Shown here one piece after another: positions 14,501-26,492 of a DNA stretch of 64,000 bases. A program made the position numbers and the translations under genes. Numbering within the stretch: position 1 is the first letter of the stretch; every line of letters begins with the position of its first letter. This DNA is from Eledone cirrhosa (taxonomy: Eukaryota), in contig OZ024741.1 of assembly GCA_964016885.1 (NCBI GenBank), positions 52,948,001-53,012,000 of the forward strand, in the 5' to 3' direction. The notes under the pieces are model-generated. The model was not told where the DNA came from. It did no database searches and was given only the letters and a program-made list of their open reading frames with translations.

Positions 14501-15785
14501 CACCCCCACCACCAATACCACCACCATTACCATCACTAGTACCTCTCAACTACTGGGTCAATATAACTGACTGTTCCAGTCAACCCAAAATTGTGTTCTT
14601 GTGTCTATGTTAGAAACAATTATTGTTTATTGTTGGCTGAAATTGTGCTTGTTTCGCTGGATTAAGTGACGAATAATATTTTTTTCTATTTGTTTAATCA
14701 ATAATTGACTGTCCATTCCATTAACCTAAGGTGAAGAAAAAAATACAAACAAACAAAAGAAGAGCCACCCCCCGAAACATTATTTATAATCGTGCATATA
14801 TTTTTGCACACTAACCATTCGTATTAAATAGTCACGGTTCAAAATGGCCTCCGAATAAACAAGATGTGATGATAACAGCAGCATCTCAAAGGTAAACAAA
14901 CACGCCCCCACAAACCTCCACTCATTTATTTTCAAACACGAAAACAGACGTTTTAAAATAAACAGACACAATGTGAAAATTAAACATAGTTTTCAGCATA
15001 AACACTTACAGCTGCACAATAGAATAGAGAAAAAAAATCAATAGTAATGAAAACATTCATTTCAATAAGAAATAGTGTAAACTTCACGGACAACAATGAC
15101 AATATCATCATTATTATTAGTATTAGTAGTAGTAGTATTGTTGTTGTTGTTGTTGTTGTTGTTGTTTTGTTCGTTCGGTTTTCGACAGCTTTTGCCGTTC
15201 CCTCTTGTAAGTTTATTGTTATTCCATTGTTATCTAACATATTTTGTTGACTATTTAATGCTATTTGATAGTTTAACTAAATATCATTTTCGTGAGCTGG
15301 TTAGAACTTCTCTGCCTGTAGCCCTTAGGTTAACCTGTGTTTGTTTACCAAACACGATCATCATTTGTATGTCAAAATAAAATGGCGGGCGACAAAATTT
15401 TGTCCGCAGGATTTAATAGCAGGCTGTCTGCAAGACAGAACAACCGGATCACCACCAACGTCACTCCTGTCATCGCCACCACTACCGACACCACCAACAG
15501 CAGCAACAGCAACCATAAAAGGATCATGTGCAGCAGGAGATTTGTATGAACTTGACTTCCTGCCACTGCCAAGACCTACCAAAATGAACGCCACCTCTTC
15601 CACCACTATATCAGTAAACACAGCCGAAACCAACAGCTCTACCACCACCATCAGCGTCATCTCCACCACCAGCAACATTAACAGCAACAAAAGAAACACT
15701 TGCGACAATATGAACACCAACAATACCGACAGCAGTGACAGGACCAGCAGCAGCAACAACATCAACAAAAACAATGAAAAAAAAT

Positions 15786-16005
15786 AATGGTTTCTTATAT
15801 AGGCACAAGGCCAGCAATTCTGGGGTAAGGGAAAGTCGATTAAACCGACCCCAGTGCGTGACTAGTGTTTTATTTTATCGACCCCGTAAGGATGAAAGGC
15901 AAAGCAAACCTTGGCAGGATTTGAACTCAGAACGTAAACGGCCATAACTCTATACTGCAAAGCATGGTGTCCGACGCTCTACCGATACTGCCAATCTACT
16001 GCCCT
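15786..16005 (-). mobile_element. SINE family A copy (near full length)
   Basis: Tail, core ATCGACCCCGTAAGGATGAAAGGCAAAG, B-box TTTGAACTC and head GCCAATC are all present. Confidence 0.88.
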
Positions 16006-16029
16006 ACAATGAAAAAAAAAAAAGTAATA

Positions 16030-17300
16030 CCCATATCATCTCAACAACAAAAATCTTTTCGGACACCGTGGATAGAGTCGAATGCTGAACATCTACAAAT
16101 GTGGCAAAAAGTGGTAGCTAACGTTAGTGGTAAGCCTCTTTTACTAATCTCAGCACGTGTATTTGCTCTCGACAGCTTCGCCATTTGTGAAATTTTGTTC
16201 ATTTCGGTAGTTTCTGTATATTTTCTGACCATCGTTTGGTTGTCCATTAGCATTCCACTGGCTTCGCTTATCCATTGTGTGATATTGTGTGATTGTTTTG
16301 GAAGCAGTGCTTTGTTTGAAGTCGTGAGGATTTCAAGAATTTTATAATATTTATACAGATTCGTTGTAGCCTCGTTGTCCTTATTGGTGCTTCAAATCTG
16401 TTGCTGACTTCCATAGCATAGACAGCTTGGTTTCATGAACATGGAAAAGTTGTACGCCGAAGTCTTTCGTGATTGTCGTGCTTCTCTTGGACTGATTTTT
16501 AATAGCTGCAGTAAGGATTCAATGGTCAGAGTCAAATTCAGAGTCACCTTAAGCACGGAATTTTCGGAGGGAGTTTATCCACTTTTCTTGATCAGTATAT
16601 TGTCTATTTGCGCTTTGCTATTTCTATTTGCTTATTCTCTTGTTCACATGTGGCTTCTCATATGAGGCTGACGATGAAAGGTTAATATCAGTCCTGGTTT
16701 TCACAAAAATCTTCAAGAAGATGATCGTTTTTATTCGTTTCATATTCTATAAATATTTTCCGACGACTGTAAATGCTTTAACACCAGCGTTGAAATAACC
16801 AGAAATGATGAGGAAATTGTGTCGAGTATGGTGGATACGAAATCATGCAGTTTGTTATAGAATAGTTCTTTTTCGTCATCTTGTGAAATGTCCGTTGAAG
16901 CAAATACTGAAGCTATTGCGATGACGGGGCTGCAACACAGTGTGATGCTCATGATGCTTTCAGTGACTTTACAGGAGCGGATCACTCTGCCGACAAAGTA
17001 AGTTCTCACAAGAATACCGATACTACAAATAGAAGGGATAGGCTCCATGTTTTAATATGTCGACATTCTGTTTTGTTCTGCAACGATATTCTTGTATGAT
17101 TACAATGTCTAGACTTTTCTCATTGCAGCCTTTTGTAAGTTGGTATAGCTTCCTGCACATTTCCCATTGTTCTTACATTTTATGCAGATATTGTGAAGAG
17201 ATTGCAAACTTTCTTTTTAACATTATCGATCACACAAATCCTTACGTTGTGCTCATATGATGTCATACTTCCATTTTTGGATTGCCAATGCATTAGTTCA
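16030..17300 (-). mobile_element. RTE-like LINE fragment (AP endonuclease and downstream region)
   Basis: SPVIAIASVFASTDISQDDEKELFYNKL resembles APE 'I.SVYAPT....EKE.FY..L'; decayed. Confidence 0.6.
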
Positions 17301-17599
17301 AGAACTGAATTTTCAAGCTGTGTAGTTGTGATCGGTTTAAACCAGAAAGGACTGATTGGATCTTAAATCTTCACCAAAATTCATGTTAGTCTACTGGGAT
17401 AACCATCATTTTCGCTTCCACACAACCGATGAGGTTGGAGTTGGACTTTGGGGAAGGACAGGCAGTATAAATGCATGAGCCGGGGGTCGTAGTGGAAGCA
17501 GGGCCACCTGCTCAACGATCCCCGGTCACTGAATATAGATATGGTGCCCATCAGCGAGACAGAAGTTTCGAAGTTTGAGGCTTCGCACTCATTTTCGGC

Positions 17600-20290
17600 G
17601 TCTACGAGGTGTACGCATCCTCAAGCCGTCCGAGATCTGGTTTGTTGTACTGATTGTTCACCTCGGTTTGATTTGGGAAACCCCATATAAGCTTTATCCC
17701 ATCGTTTTTTAGCATTGTTATCTCATTTAGCACTACATGTTCATAGAACTTTTCTGAACATGGAAATCCATACTTTTGACACAAGTTCCAGTGCAACATG
17801 ACAGCCACCTTTCCATGTCGGCCTTTTTTGTAATCATTCTGCGCTAACTGCTTACACTCAGAAACGATTTGGGCAACTGTCGCTGCTTTCCTCCTACAAC
17901 TTCTGCATGCTACTTGAAAATATTTCTTGTCTATATGTTTCATTACCCATCTTGTTCTTATGGCTGTAACTTGCGTTGCTAATATAAATTTTTCCGTTTC
18001 TTCCTTAATGTAACCTTTCTATTTCCATAACCAAGTATTTTTGCCATCGCATACTTTTTTGTTTTCTTAAGTAATGTTGAATGCTGGGTTTTTCATCAAA
18101 TGCATCTTTATGTTCTTCAGCGATCTCAGTCTTTGTATCCATACGGTCTCAATTGTTCTCAAATAAGGTTTCTCTGACAAGCTCCAATAGAAATTTTTCT
18201 TCCTTATCTTTTATATCACTTTCTTCTATTTTGACAACACTCTGTACCAACAATCCCGAACGTGCATCCTTTCTTTTCCATTAAAGCCTATCAGCATCAC
18301 TTCGTGGGTACATACTTCAAGCGATAGTGAGCATTGCCTAGTTTTCCGATCAATTTCCTTCAACTCTATTTTCATTCAGTCTACTATACCTGCACCGTAC
18401 CTAATTATTAAAACAGCCATGGCCTTTATTGTTTGTAGAGGTATTTCCACCTTCGGGATCGTCCTTAATCTTCGAAAGTATTCTTAGCTGACACTTTCTT
18501 TAATTTGTGCTTTGCTTTTTACTTTATGGCTTTGTAACTTATATGTTCCGTCTGTTTCCAGTGACATGATCCTTTCACCATCTAGCAGTTTGATCCCATT
18601 GCACCGTACCAACGTCCTACGCTTCATCTCTATCAATGCACACTTTGTAATGACAAACACCTTCCCAATATCTTCATAAATTACTCTGACTCTCTACGCT
18701 AAGGCATTTAGGTCTTTTTTCTATATTACGACTCAATATTCTTAAATCATCCATAGACAATGGTTGATTGAGGTTGTCCTTATCTTTCCCTAGCGCCTAT
18801 CTATTAGCACGCTTTTAAGAACATCTGACAATTGATATCATTGCAAAAACATCACAAAATTGGTGATAAACTGTCTCCTTGGAAGATACCCCACTTTATC
18901 TTCACTTCACCTAATTTTTCTCCAGCAAATGTCAATTCCACTTTCCATTTAGTCATTGATTTCTCTATAAGGATCTTGATGTTGTCTGATACCTTTAAAA
19001 TAGAGAAGAATCATCCAAGAATGCGGCACCATGTCATATTTCTTCGTGTAGTATATCCAAGCAACACATAAACTGGTGAGCCTCTTTGAGCAGTTCTTCA
19101 GTACCATGTTATCAATCATCAACTGGTCTTTCGTTCCTCTGCTATTACGCCTTCATCTTTTCTGCTCACCAGGAAGCAGGCTTTTCCGTTTGATATGTAT
19201 ATACATTTCCTCAGATAAAATTCCTATTAAGAGCTTCCACCTCAAAGAAAGGCATGTAATAAGTCTGAAATCTGAAACTTTTTTACCCTTACTCTCATCC
19301 TTCACTTTTACCATGTTGTCATCCATTCGTGTGTCTCTCCAGTGTAGATATTACTTCATGTAAGTTGTTGAAGCTTTTTAAGCAATATCCATTTACATGA
19401 TCTGGCTGAACTGCTTTCCATTTAGGCATTTTTCGCAACTTGCTTTTTACCATTTCTCTTGTTATTTTCATGTTTTTCTTGTTGCTTCTGTACACCTATT
19501 GCCTGCTTCCCAGACTTCTTTACCCAATCTGCTTTATCATTATGTTGAACAGATTTATTTCAAATATTATTCCAAAAAGCAATGATTTCTTCTGCAAATG
19601 GCTTCCTATCAGTGTTCCTTTCAATTCCTTCGAATTTCTCGAACAACTTTTTTGGTTAATTTAGAAGAATCTAAATTATTCTGCCCCATGTTTATTCCAC
19701 TAATGTGCTTATGACCCCGTTAACAATCTTCATTTTTATTTCGTTTTCTTTCTATCAACAACCTCCAGGTTAATTAATTCAAGTTAACCTGGGTTTTCCA
19801 GTCTCGTCTTCAACATGTTTATGATTGCTTTTTGTTCATCACCAATTTCGTTTATAATTTCAACCAGCAACTTTTCTGCTGCAATATCTTCTTCAACAAA
19901 ACCAACAATCATTTCTGTCACATTCCCTTCAGCAGCACTTTCAAAATATCTCACTCATTTTATTCTTTATTCTCTGTTTCATGATGTCCTCTTCTATTCC
20001 CCGTCCTTCTCTGTTGCCCTCAGTTGTTTCAATCATTATTTTAATCTCCTCTATTTCTACATGTGACACAACCCTTTCCTCATATGCATCTTTTCCTGGC
20101 TAGTTAGCTGTGTTTCAGTTGCATAAAACACATCTATCTCATTCCAGATAGTGACCGTTCGTTTTCTGTATCCCCTTACACTTGGCCTACTTCGCACGTG
20201 GCACTCTATTACAGTATCGTCAAACTCTTTTGTCCACTTAGCTTTCTTCACTTCAGCAGTCTCTTGATAATGACTGGGCCCAACTTAATG
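17600..20290 (-). mobile_element. R4/Dong-like non-LTR retrotransposon (RT + CCHC + restriction-like endonuclease), decayed
   Basis: N-terminal KWTKEFDDTVIECHVRSRPSVRGYRKR; RT motif WGIFQGDSLSP (~18865-18895); C-terminal CRSC...VSECKQLAQNDYK.GRH.KVA.MLHWNLCQKYG...W.F..QT....NKPD. Confidence 0.85.
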
Positions 20291-21049
20291 AGTAACGGAC
20301 ACCTGCGGGTGTGAGATTCACATTTGAGGTTTCAGCCCCAATTACGCCGTTTTCTACATTCAATTTATTTGATATATTCACTCATTTGAGGTGTTGTGGC
20401 TTAATGGCTTTCCGTCCAGGTATTTTTATTATGACACCATCACTAGATATATTGTCTATCATGACTTAAAAGCCTCTATCTACCCTCATCTTCACACAAA
20501 AAACTATATGAAATAATTTGAACAAACGTTATTTCTATATTGGAAGTACCGTTATTGAGAAGACGTAAAAGAAACGTTTATTTCAAAGTGATTCAAACGG
20601 TTTAAAGAAACATTATTTCGATAGTGGATTGTAGTGTTATATACTGTCAGTTTGAAAACAATTAACATATCATAGAAAGTATACAAAAACGATTTTCTAG
20701 TATTATTAGAATCTGAAATCGTCACCTCCATCACCCCCAAAACGAACACAAAAAAAAAGAAAAGAGAAAAGACACAATAACATTTTGTTTTACCCTAACA
20801 TTCACTCCAGAAAACACGACCCCCCCCCCCCCCACAAAACACAGGTACGACACCAACTCCACCACCAGCATCACCACCACCAATTCCAGCACAACCGTCA
20901 ACATAAATCCAAGTCACCACCCCAGTCGCCACTGCCAACACTACTACAACCACAACTACTTACAGCCAAAAGGAAACTTACACAGGAACAACAAAAACAC
21001 AGATACACAAAATCAACAATAACTAATCAAACACACAACTTTGTCCTAG

Positions 21050-21440
21050 TGTGGAGGGTGATCTAAAACCTGATGTCCCCCAGAGCACAAAGCGACAGCT
21101 TCCGATTAGATTTCCTGAATGCGCTCGTGAGGACATGGAGTGATCGTATAGAGTCATCTAGATTGTATTTAGATAGGATTTTGTATTGGGCTAGCAGGTA
21201 AGAACAGGGTAACAACAAGTGTCAACAATTACAGACGGCCGCATAGACAGTCAATAGATTTTTGATCGACATCTTCAATTCCAAGCGGATGTCTGGGGCC
21301 TTCCAGCGGCTCATTGCGCAACTGTTCGGGGTAAGCGAATGGATGTAGACGGTGGTGGACTAAAGTTACTAACTCGATGGAATATGCGGAATGCTGTGAA
21401 AAGCAGATAACACCAGCCGGCTGGTAAGCTAAACGTGTAA
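21050..21440 (+). mobile_element. RTE-like LINE fragment
   Basis: Translates RMDVDGxWTKVTNSMEYA across a frameshift, like the RTE inter-domain 'LR.D...WW.....ME.A'. Confidence 0.45.
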
Positions 21441-22035
21441 ACTGAGGATCTTTTGATCATGCTAAACACATTTATTTTATTATTGATTTCATCGTTTTTC
21501 TTCTAAAAAATATCTGTGCAAAGTTTTGTTTTAAAATATGAATTATTAAGGAAGTCCAGAATTAGTTTATCTAAATAATATCTAATGTCCCCAACTTAGT
21601 CAACCTTGTAACAATAACATCTATCGTTGCCTTATCAAATGCGTGCTGATGAACTAGCTGGTTGTTCCTTTTTTTCAGATAACTAACAAATAAGTTGTCA
21701 TTTCGCTGACATATATTTCTCATTCGGTGAACTTGGCCTATTCTTTGATTAGGACGATCTGCTACTAGGTCTGACGTCAGTTCTATAGACCTTGTTTGAA
21801 GGTCGCGATAACCATGCCTGGGGCGTAGACCCCCCCCCCCACACACACACACACTAATATATTTTCTCGATAAATATAATTCCAACCCACCTCTCCATTA
21901 TTATTCTATTTCAAGTTGACCAGGCAGATACATTCGGATGCGCTCATATAAACACTCACTAATCATATATATACAGGAAGTGTAACGCGGAGTTACTGTA
22001 GGTTCACCTACCGATTCTGTCATTACTACTACAGA

Positions 22036-22120
22036 GGTCCGACGAGCTTTTGATTCCAGAGCCGGGCCAGATCGAGACAGATCGAACCTTGAGCTGATCA
22101 GTAGCGAAACGCGCGTCACC
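22036..22120 (+). ncRNA. Type I hammerhead ribozyme motif (PLE-associated; core U4>C)
   Basis: GGT-CCGACGA-GCT[long stem II]AGC-GAAAC-GCGC-GTC-ACC: stem I GGT/ACC, palindromic stem III, GUC cleavage triplet, AATAAA at 22125. Confidence 0.65.
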
Positions 22121-22197
22121 AACCAATAAACGTAATGAAGGAGTAACCATTCGTCCTTGTATTATTATATTATATGATATTATATTATATATGATAT

Positions 22198-22257
<60 letters not shown>

Positions 22258-22504
22258 TTTACAATTGTTTAAAAAATGTTGCCCTTATTTGGACAAATCA
22301 CACCCACTGATGATACCACCAGTTAACCACCAACGCCTTTGGTAATCAGTCTGGAACTAGGTGTTTAAATGACAAGAGCTCAGCCGCCGGTGTCACGACT
22401 CTTTATAATATAAGTATACTCTAGTGCCCCAAGTATCGAGTACTCTGTTGAGTAATGGTCTAACCAGTTTCAAACACTGAATCCAAACTGATTTACATAT
22501 AACA

Positions 22505-25500
22505 ATATTATATTTTTTCTGAATTCTTTTAGCAAAACGTGTGTTGAAACCGATATTGTTATACTTTGGGAGGGTCATGTTGCCAATAAGAAACACACGC
22601 ACCCTTTGTTTTCACTCCAATTTATTATGTACACTATATTCTTATATTTACATTGTCCTTCAGTACATCTTATGCTATATACTATGTTTCTAGTTTTGCA
22701 GTTAATATGGGCGCTTAGTTTACAGATTATGCATTTCTTATCTATACAGGGAGGTCTTTGAAAAGGGTATGTATTACTAATAAGTGTTTTTATGGAGGTA
22801 ACTGGTCTTTCTACTATCTTAATATTTAGTTTAAGTTTATCTAGGGCCCTTCTAAATTTGTAAGCTAGATCACCTCTAGGGGTTGTATTGATGAACATTA
22901 CACTCTGGTATTTATTGCTATCATACCATGAGTTTATTCTATTAACCTTATTCCTAGTTCTTTCTCTTCTATTCCAAAATTTGCTCCTATGCAAGGGGCA
23001 AGTCCCATTTGTGTCATTATTTACCATTTTTTCCCATTTGGTTCTGGCTCCTCTATATAATCTGATTTTATCTCTCTGATTGTAACCAGGGAACTGCATA
23101 CGGTGGATGAAGTGTTGTATGTGTCTCTCTAATTCTTTAGGGTTGCACATGCGGGACCATTTTCTCATCACCCGTACTTAATCCGCAATCAGTAAGTTAA
23201 TTTTGGTGTGACCCGAAACAGCTGAGTTTCGGTGGATCAGATATTTGGAAGTCATGGGTTTGGCATAATGGGAATAGAGGATTTATTTTTTGTTATTAAT
23301 GGTTTCTAACCAGAGCTCTATGTCTAGTACAGGTAATCGATGGTTGGGGTGTTTGCTTGGGTAGTCTATAGTAACTCTAATACTCTGGTGGATGGAGTTA
23401 GCTATTTGCTGGATGCTTTCCATGGTGTTTTTCTCTAATTCCTGACTGTTCTCTAGTCGGGGTGATTTTACTACGATGTTTATATCATCAACGTAGAGAG
23501 AGTACATTATCAGGGTTAAGTGGTTGCTGTCTTCTAATTGTTCTTTAAGTGTATTGTCCCACCAAACCATGAATAGGTTAGCTATGTCACCTGCAATGCT
23601 AACACCAATGGCTGCTCCCTCCTCTTGGGCATATGTTTTTCCATTAAATTTGAACATATGTTCCTTAAGGGTTAGTTTTATACTGGCCCCCCCACCGCAT
23701 GTGCAATCATTTTCTTTAGTTCATCATGGTTTTCGGGCGTCCGTATGGCTCTGGTCCACCCGTTCCATCTTTCTGTGTGGGTTTTCTTGGCCATTGAGGT
23801 AATGGTAGGTGGTCTGATTCTTACTAGTCTTGTGGGGCAGAGGTTGCTAAGGTCATACGTATCTAGATAATCATTACTATATGTAAGTTTAAGTAGGAGT
23901 TCCAGCTCATTGGTATCAATCCCACGGAAATCAACATTGCTCTCACTGATCATTTCTACGCATTTCTCCACAGCAAAATCCACATCAATGGATGGGTATA
24001 GGGACACTATATCCATACTACCTATTATGCAGTCTGTTAGGTCCCTAGATCGGTTATTTTCGCTGATTCGGCTGAGGAGGTCCTCCGTGCTGTCACATAT
24101 ATCCGGGGACATTTCAATGATGGGGCGTACGATGAGGGAGAGGAAGTAGGAAAGTCTGTAGTTACTAGCAATGTTAGCTCCACAGACTGGCCGTGTTGGT
24201 GGTCCTGTGACTGGGTCACTGTTCGTCTTATGGTCTTTTCGAAGCCCATACATCGCTGGCACGTCATTGTTTCAGGCCTGGAAGTTGTTGGCCGTCCGTT
24301 TATTGGGCTGCATTATGTTTGTCCACATCATCATATGAGCGTTGAGGGTTTTCTCCTTATCCTCATGCTCTTGTGTTAGTGATGTGGGTTTGCATTGTCT
24401 GGGTGTAGTTTGACAGACTGTCAACCGACATTCTGTCAGACTTGTCTGTTGGAAAGCATGCAATCTCTCCATTACGTGAGCGATGCATGAGCATACGCAA
24501 GCCGATTTCAGATTTTTCTCCCAGTTGTTGGGCCTTCATTCTATTTTGCTTCTTGCTATACCGTTCTATAATATTTCAAAGTTTAGATCTTGCTATATTA
24601 AATTGTGCTTCTGTTTGTTCATCGACCTGCGACGGCAATTGCGTGCGTTTGTTAAAAGCTAAAGTCGTGGCGTGGACTCGTCGTAAGTCGAAGGACATAT
24701 CGGAATGGTAGAATAAAAAGTAGAATTCCAGGCTGCTGCGTTGTGTGTTCTATTGCTATTGTTAGTTGTGTTGTTGTTTCTATTTCTATTTATATTTCCA
24801 CCAACAGCCTCATGGTTGTTTCTATGTCTCCCATTATTACTCCTGTCTCTTTTTTCTGGCTCATTGTTATTATCTACTCTATTTTGTGTGTCTGTGTGTT
24901 CGTCCTGGTTATTTTCTCTGTCACTGTCAACAATTTCCCTTCTTCTTTCAATCCCATTACCGTCCCTTACCTCTGTGTTACTGGCATTATCTGTTTTCTG
25001 TGTCTGTGTGTCTGTTAAGATTGTGGTGGTGGTGAGAGGCATAGGATGTGTGTATGTTGTTGTTGTTGATGTGTGTTGTGATTGATGTTATTGTTGTTGT
25101 CTCTGTGTATGTTGTTATTATTGTTGTGTGTGTTGTTGTTATTGTTGTTCGTGTCTGTGTGTCTGTTGTTGCTGTTGTTGCTGTTGTTATTGTTGTTGTC
25201 TCTGTGTATGTTGTTATTATTGTTGCGTGTTGTTGTTGTTATCGTTGTTTGTGTCTGTGTGTCTGTTGTTGTTGGGATGTGTGTTGTGTGTGTGTGCGTA
25301 TGTTGTTCGTGTTATTACTTTTGTTTTTGTTTTTGTTGTTGTTTTTGAGGCTCCAACGTAATTTTGTAAATTATTTTTCTATTTCTGACAAGCATCTTAT
25401 CATATTCACCTTATTATATGTTGCATATTTAGGTGGTAGCTGTAATATGGATAGTTCATCAGGCTCCACTGTAGTGTTGCCGTATAAATTTGTGTTGTTG

Positions 25501-26245
25501 TTGAATTCGTCCGCTAATGGTATGTCGGCCATGTTTATACCATCAATCCTATCTGGATATTTATCTCTATTCTCTGAAATTTCTTGGTTTAGTTTCATCT
25601 GTTTGAGCCACGTTAAATTATTGTTAAAGTGTTTGTTGCATTCTTGAATGATGTACTTTTCTTCTTCGTGTATAATGTTTATGTATTCTAATTTTTCTTT
25701 TTGATGTGGTGGTCTTAGTTATTTTTTGTATTAGGTTATGCATATGTTTTTCTTGACTTAATTCTCTGTAATCTTTTTTATGTTTAGAATTAGTGCTCGT
25801 TTTAGCCTATCTGCTTGTTTTTTGGTAAGTTGTAATCTCCTTACCTCTGTGTTGATGGTGTTGGTGTAAGCTCGGGATGAGGCACATTCCTTTATGAAGT
25901 GTAGTTGTCGAGATGTTATTGCTTTCCTTAGACAACAGAACATGGTGGTTTTCAGTATCTTGTTAGCTTGGCTAAGGCTTACGATATTTCGTTTCTGAAT
26001 TTTTTTAGCAAGATTCTTTATCTGAACACGTGTGTTGAAACCGATATTGTTATACTTTGGGAGGGTTATGTTGCCAATAAGAAACACACGCACCAGTTGC
26101 TTTCACTCCAATTTATTATAAATTAAATTACAAATGAAAAATTTTATAAATTTCCGGTTGGTTGGTTGGTTCCACAACCGGACGGTTGTTCATATATTGT
26201 CAAAGTTCTTTCGTCACACATTATGTGACCTCTTCAGTGACTGAG
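22505..26245 (-). mobile_element. Penelope-like element 1 (RT + truncated C-terminal GIY-YIG), disrupted ORF, with pseudo-LTR-like repeats
   Basis: YGLRKDHK..GPPTRPVCGA, IGSMDIVSLYPSID, QEEGAAIG, YVDDIN, LPVLDI, then C..C..C..C-NIVYSIRC leading into a GIY-YIG that is cut off. Direct repeat ~22505-22628 / ~25985-26117; HHR upstream. Several stops and frameshifts. Confidence 0.9.
26199..26241 (-). ncRNA. Minimal type I hammerhead ribozyme (intact core)
   Basis: Minus strand GTCA-CTGAAGA-G-GTCACA-TAATG-TGTGAC-GAAA-G-AA-C-TT-TGAC: 4-bp stem I, 6-bp stem II, very short stem III, CUU triplet. Confidence 0.8.
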
Positions 26246-26492
26246 GATTCTTTTCTTTGTTTTGTGCCTCTCCTTTGTTCTGTCCTACGCCATCTTGTTT
26301 GTGTGTGTGTTGTGTGCTTAGTTTGCGTATGTGTTACATTCGAGTGTCTGTGTGTGTTTTTATTTGTTTATTTATTTGTTTATTTACATGATACTAGTTG
26401 TTTTTTTTGTTCTATGTGTGTGTGTTTTCATTTTGTCTTTAATTGTAAGTTGTGCTGTTGCTATTCCATTCATGTTTTCTATATGTATATAT

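Noticed and set aside
24272-24274. In-frame TGA in PLE 1 (NNFQA*NNDVP) as possible selenocysteine
   Set aside because: The copy also has TAA stops and frameshifts, a CGA>TGA decay is simpler, and the known selenoprotein PLEs have an N-terminal endonuclease, unlike this one.
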